DNA of 20,000 bases. Source: an uncultured virus (IMG/VR IMGVR_UViG_3300042351_001072) (taxonomy: Duplodnaviria; Heunggongvirae; Uroviricota; Caudoviricetes). Numbering within the stretch: position 1 is the stretch's first letter; each line of letters opens with the position of its first letter. The translations under genes were made by a program, and so were the position numbers. The stretch lies in IMG/VR virus record IMGVR_UViG_3300042351_001072; one strand, written 5' to 3'. The notes under the pieces are model-generated. The model saw only the letters and a list, made by a program, of their open reading frames with translations, made no database searches and was not told the origin of the DNA. Positions 1 to 7,935 of the stretch are shown here, in pieces.

Positions 1-199
1 CATATACATTACCCATATATTCTCTATAATAACCTAATATATCCTTTGCTTTACTACGAAAACCAAGTTTTTTTACCATTACTGGGTTGAATCTTGGTAC
101 CTCACCTAAAGATTTTTGTTCATCCCAAAGATCAAAGAAATATTTCTTCACAGGATTAACCTTTTCTTCCATCAATATTTTCCTGATAAGATCTCTCAT
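1..199 (-). CDS. Hypothetical protein, paralog of 424..1014 (3' end runs off the window)
   Basis: Hand translation from ATG at 199: MRDLIRKILMEEKVNPVKKYFFDLWDEQKSLGEVPRFNPVMVKKLGFRSKAKDILGYYREYMGNVY..., open to the edge and colinear with the N-terminus of 424..1014; ATATTTAT motif 7 nt upstream. Confidence 0.9.
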   Translation of the reverse strand, partial: MRDLIRKILMEEKVNPVKKYFFDLWDEQKSLGEVPRFNPVMVKKLGFRSKAKDILGYYREYMGNVY

Positions 200-206
200 A
201 TAAAAT

Positions 207-214
207 ATAAATAT
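207..214 (-). promoter_or_regulatory. ATATTTAT putative phage late promoter
   Basis: GTGATATTTAT ending 7 nt before ATG 199; motif recurs before about 10 genes. Confidence 0.65.
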
Positions 215-219
215 CACAT

Positions 220-251
220 AAAAACAAAACCTGAGACGTAGTTCCTCAGGT
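220..251 (-). terminator. Rho-independent terminator
   Basis: Stem ACCTGAG/CTCAGGT (229-235/245-251), followed on the minus strand by TTTGTTTTT, just after the stop of ORF 260..400. Confidence 0.75.
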
Positions 252-259
252 CAATGGTA

Positions 260-400
260 TTAATCCACATTCTTATGTTTTTTCTTACGAGTGTAACATT
301 TCTTACTCTTTTGAACAATAGGTCTTGTCGCAGCCCATATCTCTTGAATTGTAATCTCAATAGTTTTCATCTTTCCGTATGTTTGAATATTGTTTGACAT
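260..400 (-). CDS. Small basic protein (46 aa) with ArfA-like C-terminal motif
   Basis: Hand translation MSNNIQTYGKMKTIEITIQEIWAATRPIVQKSKKCYTRKKKHKNVD; flanked by a TATATTTG promoter and a terminator. Alternative start at Met11. Confidence 0.75.
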   Translation of the reverse strand: MSNNIQTYGKMKTIEITIQEIWAATRPIVQKSKKCYTRKKKHKNVD

Positions 401-411
401 AATTAATTATA

Positions 412-419
412 CAAATATA
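412..419 (-). promoter_or_regulatory. Bacteroidota-type -7 promoter element TATATTTG
   Basis: Matches TAnnTTTG, 11 nt upstream of ATG 400. Confidence 0.65.
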
Positions 420-423
420 CAAA

Positions 424-1014
424 TTATTTTAATATATCCACATCAGCATCAGTAATTTCTGTACCATATTTTATTGCGAAGTCAATAATAAATGATTGAA
501 CTATTGTTTTAATCTCATCCTGTACATCAAAATAAGTAGACATATCATCTATTTCATTATTACCCCTTGAAATGTTGTACCTTACCTGAGTATATTCATC
601 TTGATCTTCATCATATTCGTCTAAATTTATATAACCTTCAAGTATATCAACATCAGCCTCAATGTTTTTATCTCCAAATATATATTTATCAACACGAACA
701 TTACTTAACTTAAACGTGAATATTAAATCTTCATCACCCCATTGTCTTCTAAAACTAAGGTCATCAGAATGAAATACCTGAGACGATAAAAAATCCAATA
801 AATTCTCTTCACCAACACTTTCCCCACCAATGTATTCAGTATAGTAATCACTTATCTCTATTGATCGTTTTCTAAAACCAAGTTTACCAATCAAACTATA
901 ATCAATAGTCGGATATTCACCATTAGATCTCATTTCATCCCAATGATCAAAGAAGAACTTTTTGATTGGGTTCATCTTTTCTTCTTTTAATATTTTTCTA
1001 ATTAACTCTTTCAT
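424..1014 (-). CDS. Acidic hypothetical protein with MKELIRKILKEE leader
   Basis: 196-aa ORF; paralog immediately downstream; ATATTTAT 6 nt upstream. Confidence 0.9.
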   Translation of the reverse strand: MKELIRKILKEEKMNPIKKFFFDHWDEMRSNGEYPTIDYSLIGKLGFRKRSIEISDYYTEYIGGESVGEENLLDFLSSQVFHSDDLSFRRQWGDEDLIFTFKLSNVRVDKYIFGDKNIEADVDILEGYINLDEYDEDQDEYTQVRYNISRGNNEIDDMSTYFDVQDEIKTIVQSFIIDFAIKYGTEITDADVDILK

Positions 1015-1020
1015 TATTCC

Positions 1021-1028
1021 ATAAATAT
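1021..1028 (-). promoter_or_regulatory. ATATTTAT putative phage late promoter
   Basis: CTATATTTAT ending 6 nt before ATG 1014. Confidence 0.65.
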
Positions 1029-1030
1029 AG

Positions 1031-1162
1031 TTAAAAATACTCTACTATCGTATATTCTATAATATTTCCATAGGTGTTAATCCAATCAATACATTCCTGT
1101 TGTGTTGCGTTTTCCAACATGATATCCCTTGTTGATATTTCTATTACGTTATAAGTTTCCAT
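1031..1162 (-). CDS. Small hypothetical protein (43 aa)
   Basis: Hand translation METYNVIEISTRDIMLENATQQECIDWINTYGNIIEYTIVEYF; starts 1 nt after the stop of 1164..2063 and fills the gap. Confidence 0.7.
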   Translation of the reverse strand: METYNVIEISTRDIMLENATQQECIDWINTYGNIIEYTIVEYF

Positions 1163-1163
1163 A

Positions 1164-2063
1164 TTAACTAAATGTTAAAGTTATTGTTTGTGATGGAGCA
1201 CCAACCGTAGATTGATTTGTTCCACCCCAGTTTGCATTATTAATCATAGGTCTAAGTGCGTATGTACTACTCGCAGTACAACTACCAACATTTGAGAACT
1301 CAACCGCAACACCACCAATTTTAGGGGTACCACAACCTGTCCCAACAAACCAAACATTGGCTCCGATTGTAACATTTCCAACAGTTGCAGTTCTTAAGTT
1401 ATTTGCAAGAGTTTGTACTTTTGTTGGGTCGGAAACCGTTATTGAACTTCCATTGGTACTTGACCAAACAAATTGTGTATATGTGGTACCAGTTAATTGA
1501 CTTCTAAATGTATTCCAAGCAGTTTCCATAGCTGACGTTGGCGCAACTCCTTGAGTAAATGCCTGAAAGAATGTAACACCACTAGCTGGCACTGACGAAG
1601 TTGTAGGTGTTGGTGTCGGTGTACTTGTTAAGGTTTGTGTTGGTGTTTGCGTAGGTGTTTGAGTTGGTGTTTGAGTTTGTGTAGGCGTAGGTGTTGGGGT
1701 TAGAACAACAACCCATGAACTCCAAAAACCTAACGATTCCAAATAATACTTACAATCATTCCCATTTGTAAAACTTTGTCCATAAACACCATTAACTAAA
1801 TCAACAAATGATTGTTCTGTCTTAAGTTTAGATCTATAAAATCTAACATAAGCAGGTACGTTATCAGGATTAGGTTGATTACCACTAAGGTTAGGTCTAC
1901 ATATAACATAACCCAAATCTTCATCAGGACCTTCCCACCATCTAACACCACCAATTCCACCTGTATAATCTAACGGATCAACACCAATAGCTAAGTCACC
2001 AACTTGGTCGGTGCCAGGTATTAATGACCCTGTATTATATGCAAATGGTCTTGATGTTGGCAT
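1164..2063 (-). CDS. Putative virion surface/decoration or fibre protein with Pro-Thr linker
   Basis: 299 aa; N-terminal domain (MPTSRPFAYNTG...), TPTPTPTQTQTPTQ... linker, T/G/S/N-rich C-terminal domain. Structural role is inferred from composition and architecture. Confidence 0.7.
   Translation of the reverse strand: MPTSRPFAYNTGSLIPGTDQVGDLAIGVDPLDYTGGIGGVRWWEGPDEDLGYVICRPNLSGNQPNPDNVPAYVRFYRSKLKTEQSFVDLVNGVYGQSFTNGNDCKYYLESLGFWSSWVVVLTPTPTPTQTQTPTQTPTQTPTQTLTSTPTPTPTTSSVPASGVTFFQAFTQGVAPTSAMETAWNTFRSQLTGTTYTQFVWSSTNGSSITVSDPTKVQTLANNLRTATVGNVTIGANVWFVGTGCGTPKIGGVAVEFSNVGSCTASSTYALRPMINNANWGGTNQSTVGAPSQTITLTFS
1599..1700 (-). repeat. Degenerate 6/12-nt coding repeat encoding the PT/QT linker
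   Basis: Units such as gtaggtgttggtgtcggtgt and gtttgtgttggtgtttgcgtaggtgtttgagttggt translate to (TP/TQ)n. Confidence 0.85.
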
Positions 2064-2866
2064 TATCTATTGTATGGTCTAAACCTCATTGGGTTTGCCT
2101 TAATTGCGGATTTAGGAAATCTTAATTTAGATCCCTGTTGTCTTGCATTTTTTAGTGTCCTTGCGTATTCCCACATTTCTCGTTTATTACTATTCTCCTG
2201 TTCTTTAATATTAAAGATAAAATGTATTCTCCACTTATTAATTATTCTATCCGCAATAAGATAAATAAAATCATCATAATCAATCCATTCTGATATACTA
2301 TTAAAAGTTAAATTTAAATCAACTTCAAACATTGGAATGGTACTTATACCTTTTCTTCTTTCTATATTTACAATACTTATTTTATCTATAGTATCAACAA
2401 CATCGCAAGCTGAAGGTCTATAACCTTCCTCATCAGATAGCCATTCAGGAAAATCGTTGGTATCCAGTTCTTCACAATTATGTTTAATTTCCTCTAACGT
2501 TTCGTCAACAATGTCTTGGAATGTTTCCGTCATTGTTTCTTTACTTAACTTGTTATTTATAGATTCGTTTATACCACCTCTACTTTTTCTTTCGTCATAA
2601 TAATAACCCTTAAGTAATGAATCGTAAGTTTTAATCATATAGTCAATAAAATTATCCACATCATCCTGAGGTTGATCTTCAATTTCAATATTATATTTGT
2701 AATGTATATAATTTTCTAGTGTCGCCTTAACTAATTTATATTTAAATTCTTCAAGACTTTTTGATTCAAAATAAATATAACCGATACCTTTCCTCATCAT
2801 TTTTTCAAACTTATGATGGTCAATTCTTCTTTTAAAGAATGGTGATAAATTGTAATCTTCTGACAT
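2063..2866 (-). CDS. Hypothetical modular protein; start probably ATG 2866 (MSEDYNL) rather than 2908
   Basis: ORF track 2063..2908; GTATTTAT (2873-2880) lies 6 nt upstream of ATG 2866; TAATG stop/start overlap with the next gene. Confidence 0.8.
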   Translation of the reverse strand: MSEDYNLSPFFKRRIDHHKFEKMMRKGIGYIYFESKSLEEFKYKLVKATLENYIHYKYNIEIEDQPQDDVDNFIDYMIKTYDSLLKGYYYDERKSRGGINESINNKLSKETMTETFQDIVDETLEEIKHNCEELDTNDFPEWLSDEEGYRPSACDVVDTIDKISIVNIERRKGISTIPMFEVDLNLTFNSISEWIDYDDFIYLIADRIINKWRIHFIFNIKEQENSNKREMWEYARTLKNARQQGSKLRFPKSAIKANPMRFRPYNR

Positions 2867-2872
2867 ATAATG

Positions 2873-2880
2873 ATAAATAC
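2873..2880 (-). promoter_or_regulatory. GTATTTAT variant of the putative late promoter
   Basis: Same 6-nt spacing to ATG as other copies. Confidence 0.55.
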
Positions 2881-2923
2881 CAGTTAAATCAAAAAACATT
2901 TTGCCCATTGATAGTTCTTTTAT

Positions 2924-2954
2924 TTTGTAAAGTCAAATGTTTTCACTATCTTTG
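2924..2954 (+). promoter_or_regulatory. Bacteroidota-type promoter TTTG-N19-TATCTTTG
   Basis: TTTG 2924-2927 and TAnnTTTG 2947-2954, 4 nt before ATG 2959. Confidence 0.75.
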
Positions 2955-2958
2955 AAGT

Positions 2959-3303
2959 ATGAAAGATATGAAAATTAAAGATATTGTGATGAAAGTTATT
3001 GACGTGTTGTACAACATCGTCGTTGGTGTATTAACTATGTTAGGTAAGGTGATTGTATTCTTGATCACACTTGCTCAGTCAAGTAGTATTGAAAAGTCAA
3101 AGTCCGCAGTTGACTTTATCTTCTCAGATGTTAAACCTAAAGTTAAATCAACTGTAAATAACAGTTCAACAATTAATGTTGAGCCTAAAAACAAACGTCA
3201 AGAACTTGAGGATAGCCTTCGTTATTTAAAGTCCAAAGTTAAAAAAACCGTTCAAGATAAAAATAACATTGGAGTTATTGAATCCGTTCTTAAAAATATG
3301 TAA
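2959..3303 (+). CDS. Hypothetical protein with N-terminal hydrophobic segment
   Basis: 114 aa; hydrophobic VIDVLYNIVVGVLTMLGKVIVFLITLA, basic C-terminus; own host-type promoter. Confidence 0.8.
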   Translation: MKDMKIKDIVMKVIDVLYNIVVGVLTMLGKVIVFLITLAQSSSIEKSKSAVDFIFSDVKPKVKSTVNNSSTINVEPKNKRQELEDSLRYLKSKVKKTVQDKNNIGVIESVLKNM

Positions 3304-3317
3304 CGGTAATACTTTTA

Positions 3318-3557
3318 TCAAATGTGTTTAATGTTTTTTGTTATATTAGTAAACCAATTTGGACCATACTTATCTTTGTAATAATTATTGTTTTGTCCTC
3401 GTTTACTTTCTTTATCATAAAACCCACTTAAATATGCTCTATTAACAATATTTTCTTCAACAGATTTTAGATTATTTAATTTTTCTACAATCTGATCGTT
3501 AGTTGGGTTCTCCTCTTGAATAAATTTGATAAGTGCATCTACTGGTGTTTTTTCCAT
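3318..3557 (-). CDS. Hypothetical protein; probable start MEKTPVD at 3557
   Basis: Track start 3641 overlaps 3562..3810; ATG 3557 follows that stop by 4 nt and has TTATTTAT 6 nt upstream. Confidence 0.75.
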   Translation of the reverse strand: MEKTPVDALIKFIQEENPTNDQIVEKLNNLKSVEENIVNRAYLSGFYDKESKRGQNNNYYKDKYGPNWFTNITKNIKHI

Positions 3558-3561
3558 AATA

Positions 3562-3810
3562 TTATAAATAAGTATCTTCAACAAAAATTGGTGTTTTCTC
3601 ACCCACATAAGCCCCAACAATATTATAGTAATAATGTTCAAGAGCGTCTTCCTCAGTCATATCCTCACTCATTAGTATTTCAATTACTTTTGATTTGGAA
3701 TACACTAACCTCATACTATTCTCTTCTATCCCTATGATACCATCATCAAGACCATCAGCCTTTAATATTTCCTCATCAGGATAATTCTCAACTATCTGAT
3801 CAAGTATCAT
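3562..3810 (-). CDS. Conserved small acidic phage protein
   Basis: 82 aa; ADGLDDGIIG...EDALEHYYYNIVGAYVGEKTPIF resembles a widespread phage hypothetical family; ATGA overlap with the upstream gene. Confidence 0.85.
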   Translation of the reverse strand: MILDQIVENYPDEEILKADGLDDGIIGIEENSMRLVYSKSKVIEILMSEDMTEEDALEHYYYNIVGAYVGEKTPIFVEDTYL

Positions 3811-4013
3811 TTTCTTCTCCCTCTTATTTTTTGAAAGAAACTAACATATATAGTTGCAATCAAAATATATAATGTCGCACTAATCCACAATGGAGCAGTT
3901 ACCCACCACCAAGACCAATCAATATAATTTGTAAGTTTTAGGACTAAGAATATTAAAAATAGAATGGTTCCTAAACCCATTCCTCCACCTGTGTTACTAC
4001 TTTTATTTCCCAT
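3807..4013 (-). CDS. Small two-helix membrane protein
   Basis: LFLIFLVLKLTNYIDWSWWWVTAPLWI, typical of a common phage/bacterial small membrane family; basic tail. Confidence 0.85.
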   Translation of the reverse strand: MGNKSSNTGGGMGLGTILFLIFLVLKLTNYIDWSWWWVTAPLWISATLYILIATIYVSFFQKIRGRRK

Positions 4014-4040
4014 ATTTTAATTATATGGGTTTTGATTTAA

Positions 4041-4619
4041 TTAGTCAATATAGTCAGGATCATTTTCTGATAACCATTCAAACATTTCCAATCTACATTC
4101 TTCTAACCAATCAGTACAGGTATCAATAATACTATCGTAGTAGTTTGAATTAAACCAATCTAATAACTCGGATATTTTATAAAACTCAAAATTAATCTCA
4201 ACAGGATAATATAATTGTGGATCATTTTCATAATTACGATTCCAATTATTATAAAAAATCAAATTTATTGGTAAAATATCACTACCATCCCAAAACATAG
4301 TTGCGTAACCGCCCATACTTTCTTTACTTTTTTTAAATGTAATTTCAAAAGTCCAAGATCCCACCATGCTATCAATATCAAGTTTAACATCAACACCCTT
4401 ATTACTAAAAGTTCTTGGTAAAACTTTCTTTTTAAAAATATAATAACTTAATATATCATTACACTCTTCGTTAGTAAATGGTGTTGTTTTTTGAAACATT
4501 ATATCAGCCAACTTAATAGGAAACTTATATCTTTTTAATGTTTCTATTAGACCAAACTCCTCAACAGATTGATCAACCTCATGTTTAATATTATCAATAT
4601 TTGATTCACTAATAATCAT
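4041..4619 (-). CDS. Hypothetical protein with MIISES leader
   Basis: 192-aa ORF, TAATG-coupled to the upstream gene. Confidence 0.85.
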   Translation of the reverse strand: MIISESNIDNIKHEVDQSVEEFGLIETLKRYKFPIKLADIMFQKTTPFTNEECNDILSYYIFKKKVLPRTFSNKGVDVKLDIDSMVGSWTFEITFKKSKESMGGYATMFWDGSDILPINLIFYNNWNRNYENDPQLYYPVEINFEFYKISELLDWFNSNYYDSIIDTCTDWLEECRLEMFEWLSENDPDYID

Positions 4620-6106
4620 TATGGTTGAAGTATTGAAGAAGCGTATTTATAAGATTCTTCAGGTATTTTACCTCTAAGTTCAGTAAATGGCGTTTTATTT
4701 TTAAACGCTTCTGAATATGCTTTTAAGTTAGGACCACTATTATATCCCGCAATTGAAAGATCAAGTCTTCCTGGAAATTTACTCAATAATACTTTCATCA
4801 TTTTAGGATACGCTTTCAACGCATCACTAACATTACAAGGATCACCACCACCCCCATAAGTTGGCCAAGTTCCCGGCATAAACTGAGCAATACCTTTAGC
4901 ACCCGCACTTGAATTTCTCTTACATAACATAACATCAGGACTAAATGCAGACTCACTAAATAATTGTCTGATTGCAATTTTTGGGTCTAACCCAATCTCT
5001 TCAACATCAGACATAAACGTTTCATAACTATCTCCAGCAGCATTTTTGAATCTAGATTCAATATCTGACGGGTATTCTCTAACTTTTATACCTGGATTTT
5101 CAATTACCATTGGATTAAAGTTTTTATTACTCTTATCACTTTTACCAAAAGTATATCTCTTACCTGTTATTTTAAATAATAAATCGCTTATAATACCACC
5201 TGTCGTATCAGGTGTTAATTTACCTGTCTGTTCTAAATTATTGGTTTCTTGATAGTCCTCAATAGCCTGTGTTGTTTCACCATCTACTTGACCTGTCATT
5301 GGTAAATCGCTTTTATTTATAACATTCAAGGAAAATTGCATGGTTTTAATATCTTCAGGTGTCGCTCCACTTTCCATATTATCTTTTTTAGATAATATGG
5401 TTTGAATTGATTTAAAAAGTCTTTGGGACGCAGTTTGGGTTTCAGTATTAGTACTACTATCAGTATTAGCACCAACCGTTATATTTTTTAAATCACCCAT
5501 ATTAGCATAAACCTGATCTCTCATTAACTTGTGTTGCGCAGATCCTACGTGAACACCATCATTACTCCAACTCATATCACCAACTAATTTTGGTATTACT
5601 ACCGCTCCAGTAATACTAGTCGCCAAATCAGTTTGGTATTTCACTCTTTTAGGTTTATAAGCTATCATACATTCTCTATCACAATATTTAGTTGGTTTAA
5701 CTTTTTCCGGATTAAATATTGTTTCACTGTCAAATCCTACCAATACAATTGCCTTTCCACCTTGACCATTAACTAAGTCAACCATTTTTTGTATATTACC
5801 AATTGGTTTTGTTATTGGTTGTGGAGACATTACGTCATTTGCACCACCATAAATGAAAACTAAATCATATTTTTTTTCACTTAATTTTGTTGTAAGGTTT
5901 TCCAACATCCAATCAGTTCTCATCCCACCTTTAGCAACCTGAGTTACATCCCATTCAGGATGGTCTTTAGCAATTAAGTAGTTCCATGTCCATCCATCAC
6001 CAGCACTATGACTATCACCAACAAACATAACATTAATTTTCCCGTTATCTTCTTTGATGAGGTGTACTAAAGTTTTTAATTGTTCTTCACTTATTATAAT
6101 CTTCAT
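4619..6106 (-). CDS. SGNH/GDSL esterase + peptidoglycan-binding-like + SLT lytic transglycosylase fusion
   Basis: SGNH blocks FVGDSHS, KGG, GGAND, DGVH; PG-binding-like GQVDGETTQAIEDYQETNNLEQTGKLTPDT; SLT motifs SESAF, SSAGAKGIAQFMPGTW, AGYNSGP, PEESYKY. Confidence 0.88.
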   Translation of the reverse strand: MKIIISEEQLKTLVHLIKEDNGKINVMFVGDSHSAGDGWTWNYLIAKDHPEWDVTQVAKGGMRTDWMLENLTTKLSEKKYDLVFIYGGANDVMSPQPITKPIGNIQKMVDLVNGQGGKAIVLVGFDSETIFNPEKVKPTKYCDRECMIAYKPKRVKYQTDLATSITGAVVIPKLVGDMSWSNDGVHVGSAQHKLMRDQVYANMGDLKNITVGANTDSSTNTETQTASQRLFKSIQTILSKKDNMESGATPEDIKTMQFSLNVINKSDLPMTGQVDGETTQAIEDYQETNNLEQTGKLTPDTTGGIISDLLFKITGKRYTFGKSDKSNKNFNPMVIENPGIKVREYPSDIESRFKNAAGDSYETFMSDVEEIGLDPKIAIRQLFSESAFSPDVMLCKRNSSAGAKGIAQFMPGTWPTYGGGGDPCNVSDALKAYPKMMKVLLSKFPGRLDLSIAGYNSGPNLKAYSEAFKNKTPFTELRGKIPEESYKYASSILQP

Positions 6107-6108
6107 AA

Positions 6109-7254
6109 TTAAACATTAAATAATGGTTCATTTTTAAATAACACTAACCCACCTTTACTTACAACTTCATAATCTTTGTTTTCAAATACCACATAGTTAG
6201 ATCCATTGTCACTTATAAACATCAATAAATCAACATAATTTGGATTATACATTTTCATGGAGTTTGTTGGTACCGCATATTTAAAACCATCAATTGTACT
6301 TGGTTTAAGTTTACCATTTAATGGTTTTATTTGGTAATATAAATTTTCACTATTCACTTTTAAATCTCTCCCATATCTTGTGTCTTGAATTGATCCAGGA
6401 CAATATTCAGTTAAACCACCTTCTTCAATATTATATATTTGTTTTAAAACATTAATCGCATTTTGCTCATTGGTAATACCTCTTTTTAATGTACTCCAAT
6501 TTAATTCTTCTAAATCATCCAAATATATAGATTCAGGACCTAAAATTTCTTCACTGTTATTTACTAACCAACTTAAAAATTTAGTTTTAAAATCTTCAAA
6601 AATGTCTTTTTTACCTTCTAAACTTGTTTTTGTTTTGTTTGCATATATTTCAAGTAACTTTGATATAACTTCCGAGTTTGTATCAAAATAATTTAATATT
6701 GACCAATCAGATATTAAAGAAAAATTTTCACCATATTTTACACCTCTATAATGTATAACACCTCTATTGGTTTTGCAATTTTCATCCTTAACTGACTCAC
6801 CATACATTGTATCTCCATTCTCATCTGTCTTGGTTGAATAAATTTTTTGCAGTAACTGTCTAAGAGTTTTTTGATAAGTGTCACCATCTTTATCATATTT
6901 TAATAGATATGACAAAGTTCTGTCATTACCAATAAGAACATTATATTTACCATCATTATTTAAAATGTATGGGTCCCAAGTAGGATTTTTAAATACAAAC
7001 GTATTTTTACCAATTTTTACTTCTTTACCGTCTTTAACAAGGATAATATCTTTATCACGATTATTTTGTATTAATATTTTATCATCATTACTTATTCCTT
7101 TCACAACAATAAGTGATGTACTACCGTAAGATTTTTTTTCTGTCGCAGTATATTTAATTTTTAGAGGTCCACCATCAAGTTCTTCGCCTTCTTTAATGAT
7201 ACCCATTAAAGTTTTTATCCTATCCAACTCCTCAATAATTATATTTTTACCCAT
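6109..7254 (-). CDS. Hypothetical protein, possible C-terminal PD-(D/E)xK-like nuclease fold
   Basis: 381 aa; leader MGKNIIIEELDRIKTLMGIIKE; C-terminal E(QNAINVL)...GRDLKV...YYQIKP. CDS secure, nuclease call tentative. Confidence 0.6.
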   Translation of the reverse strand: MGKNIIIEELDRIKTLMGIIKEGEELDGGPLKIKYTATEKKSYGSTSLIVVKGISNDDKILIQNNRDKDIILVKDGKEVKIGKNTFVFKNPTWDPYILNNDGKYNVLIGNDRTLSYLLKYDKDGDTYQKTLRQLLQKIYSTKTDENGDTMYGESVKDENCKTNRGVIHYRGVKYGENFSLISDWSILNYFDTNSEVISKLLEIYANKTKTSLEGKKDIFEDFKTKFLSWLVNNSEEILGPESIYLDDLEELNWSTLKRGITNEQNAINVLKQIYNIEEGGLTEYCPGSIQDTRYGRDLKVNSENLYYQIKPLNGKLKPSTIDGFKYAVPTNSMKMYNPNYVDLLMFISDNGSNYVVFENKDYEVVSKGGLVLFKNEPLFNV

Positions 7255-7259
7255 AACTT

Positions 7260-7267
7260 ATAAATAT
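7260..7267 (-). promoter_or_regulatory. ATATTTAT putative late promoter for the 7254-4041 operon
   Basis: GTGATATTTAT ending 5 nt before ATG 7254. Confidence 0.65.
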
Positions 7268-7935
7268 CACAATTTAATTTCTTTATGGAATCCGCTATAT
7301 TTTAACACTTCATCTCTTATATTTAACTCAAGATCAATTTTATTCCTGTCAACATTAAAATTACCTTCAGAACCAGCTTCTGTATTCCACCCATTTTTAT
7401 TACTATTTAAAAATTTAACAAAAAAGTTCTCAAATTGCATTATAAAACCTGGATCAGCATCACCATCCGCCCTTAGATAGTTAAACCCATAATCATTATG
7501 ACCAGCCCAAAAATCAACACTAAACCAACTAACTCCGTCATCATCCATCATTTCCACAATATGTACAGGAGTTTTTTCCTGATATTCATGTGGCGCGTAT
7601 TCCATAAAATAACAATAACTTTTAATGTCTATTTTTTTCTCTTCAGGATATATTCTAAAAATTAATTCGTGATTATCATTAAGATCAAAGTCAACAAGAT
7701 CAGTTAATAAATGCATATGATCTTTAGTATATTCCATAAAGAAATTACGAAAAGTACCAATCATAGGTACTTTTTTATTACTATTATGTGTTTGACCATC
7801 AAACAAAACTGTAGGTTGGAATGATCCTACATTTTCAATCTCATCACCGTAACAATGAACCAAAACCTCACAGGGACCAATGTCTTCAAGATAAAGAAAT
7901 ATTGCTTGAGCTATTTTATTTATCTTATTACTCAT
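7267..7935 (-). CDS. Diverged paralog of 7932..8597 (DUF6878-like)
   Basis: Colinear motifs FLYLE, SVDFWAGHNDYG, GWNTEAGSEG; ATGA overlap. Confidence 0.75.
   Translation of the reverse strand: MSNKINKIAQAIFLYLEDIGPCEVLVHCYGDEIENVGSFQPTVLFDGQTHNSNKKVPMIGTFRNFFMEYTKDHMHLLTDLVDFDLNDNHELIFRIYPEEKKIDIKSYCYFMEYAPHEYQEKTPVHIVEMMDDDGVSWFSVDFWAGHNDYGFNYLRADGDADPGFIMQFENFFVKFLNSNKNGWNTEAGSEGNFNVDRNKIDLELNIRDEVLKYSGFHKEIKL

Noticed and set aside
1599..1700. Repeat as a CRISPR array or non-coding VNTR
   Set aside because: Degenerate at third codon positions, no spacers; explained by the PT/QT linker.
3807..6106. Holin-endolysin lysis cassette
   Set aside because: The small membrane protein is not adjacent to the hydrolase, no spanins are seen, and the hydrolase carries the shared leader; cannot be fully excluded.
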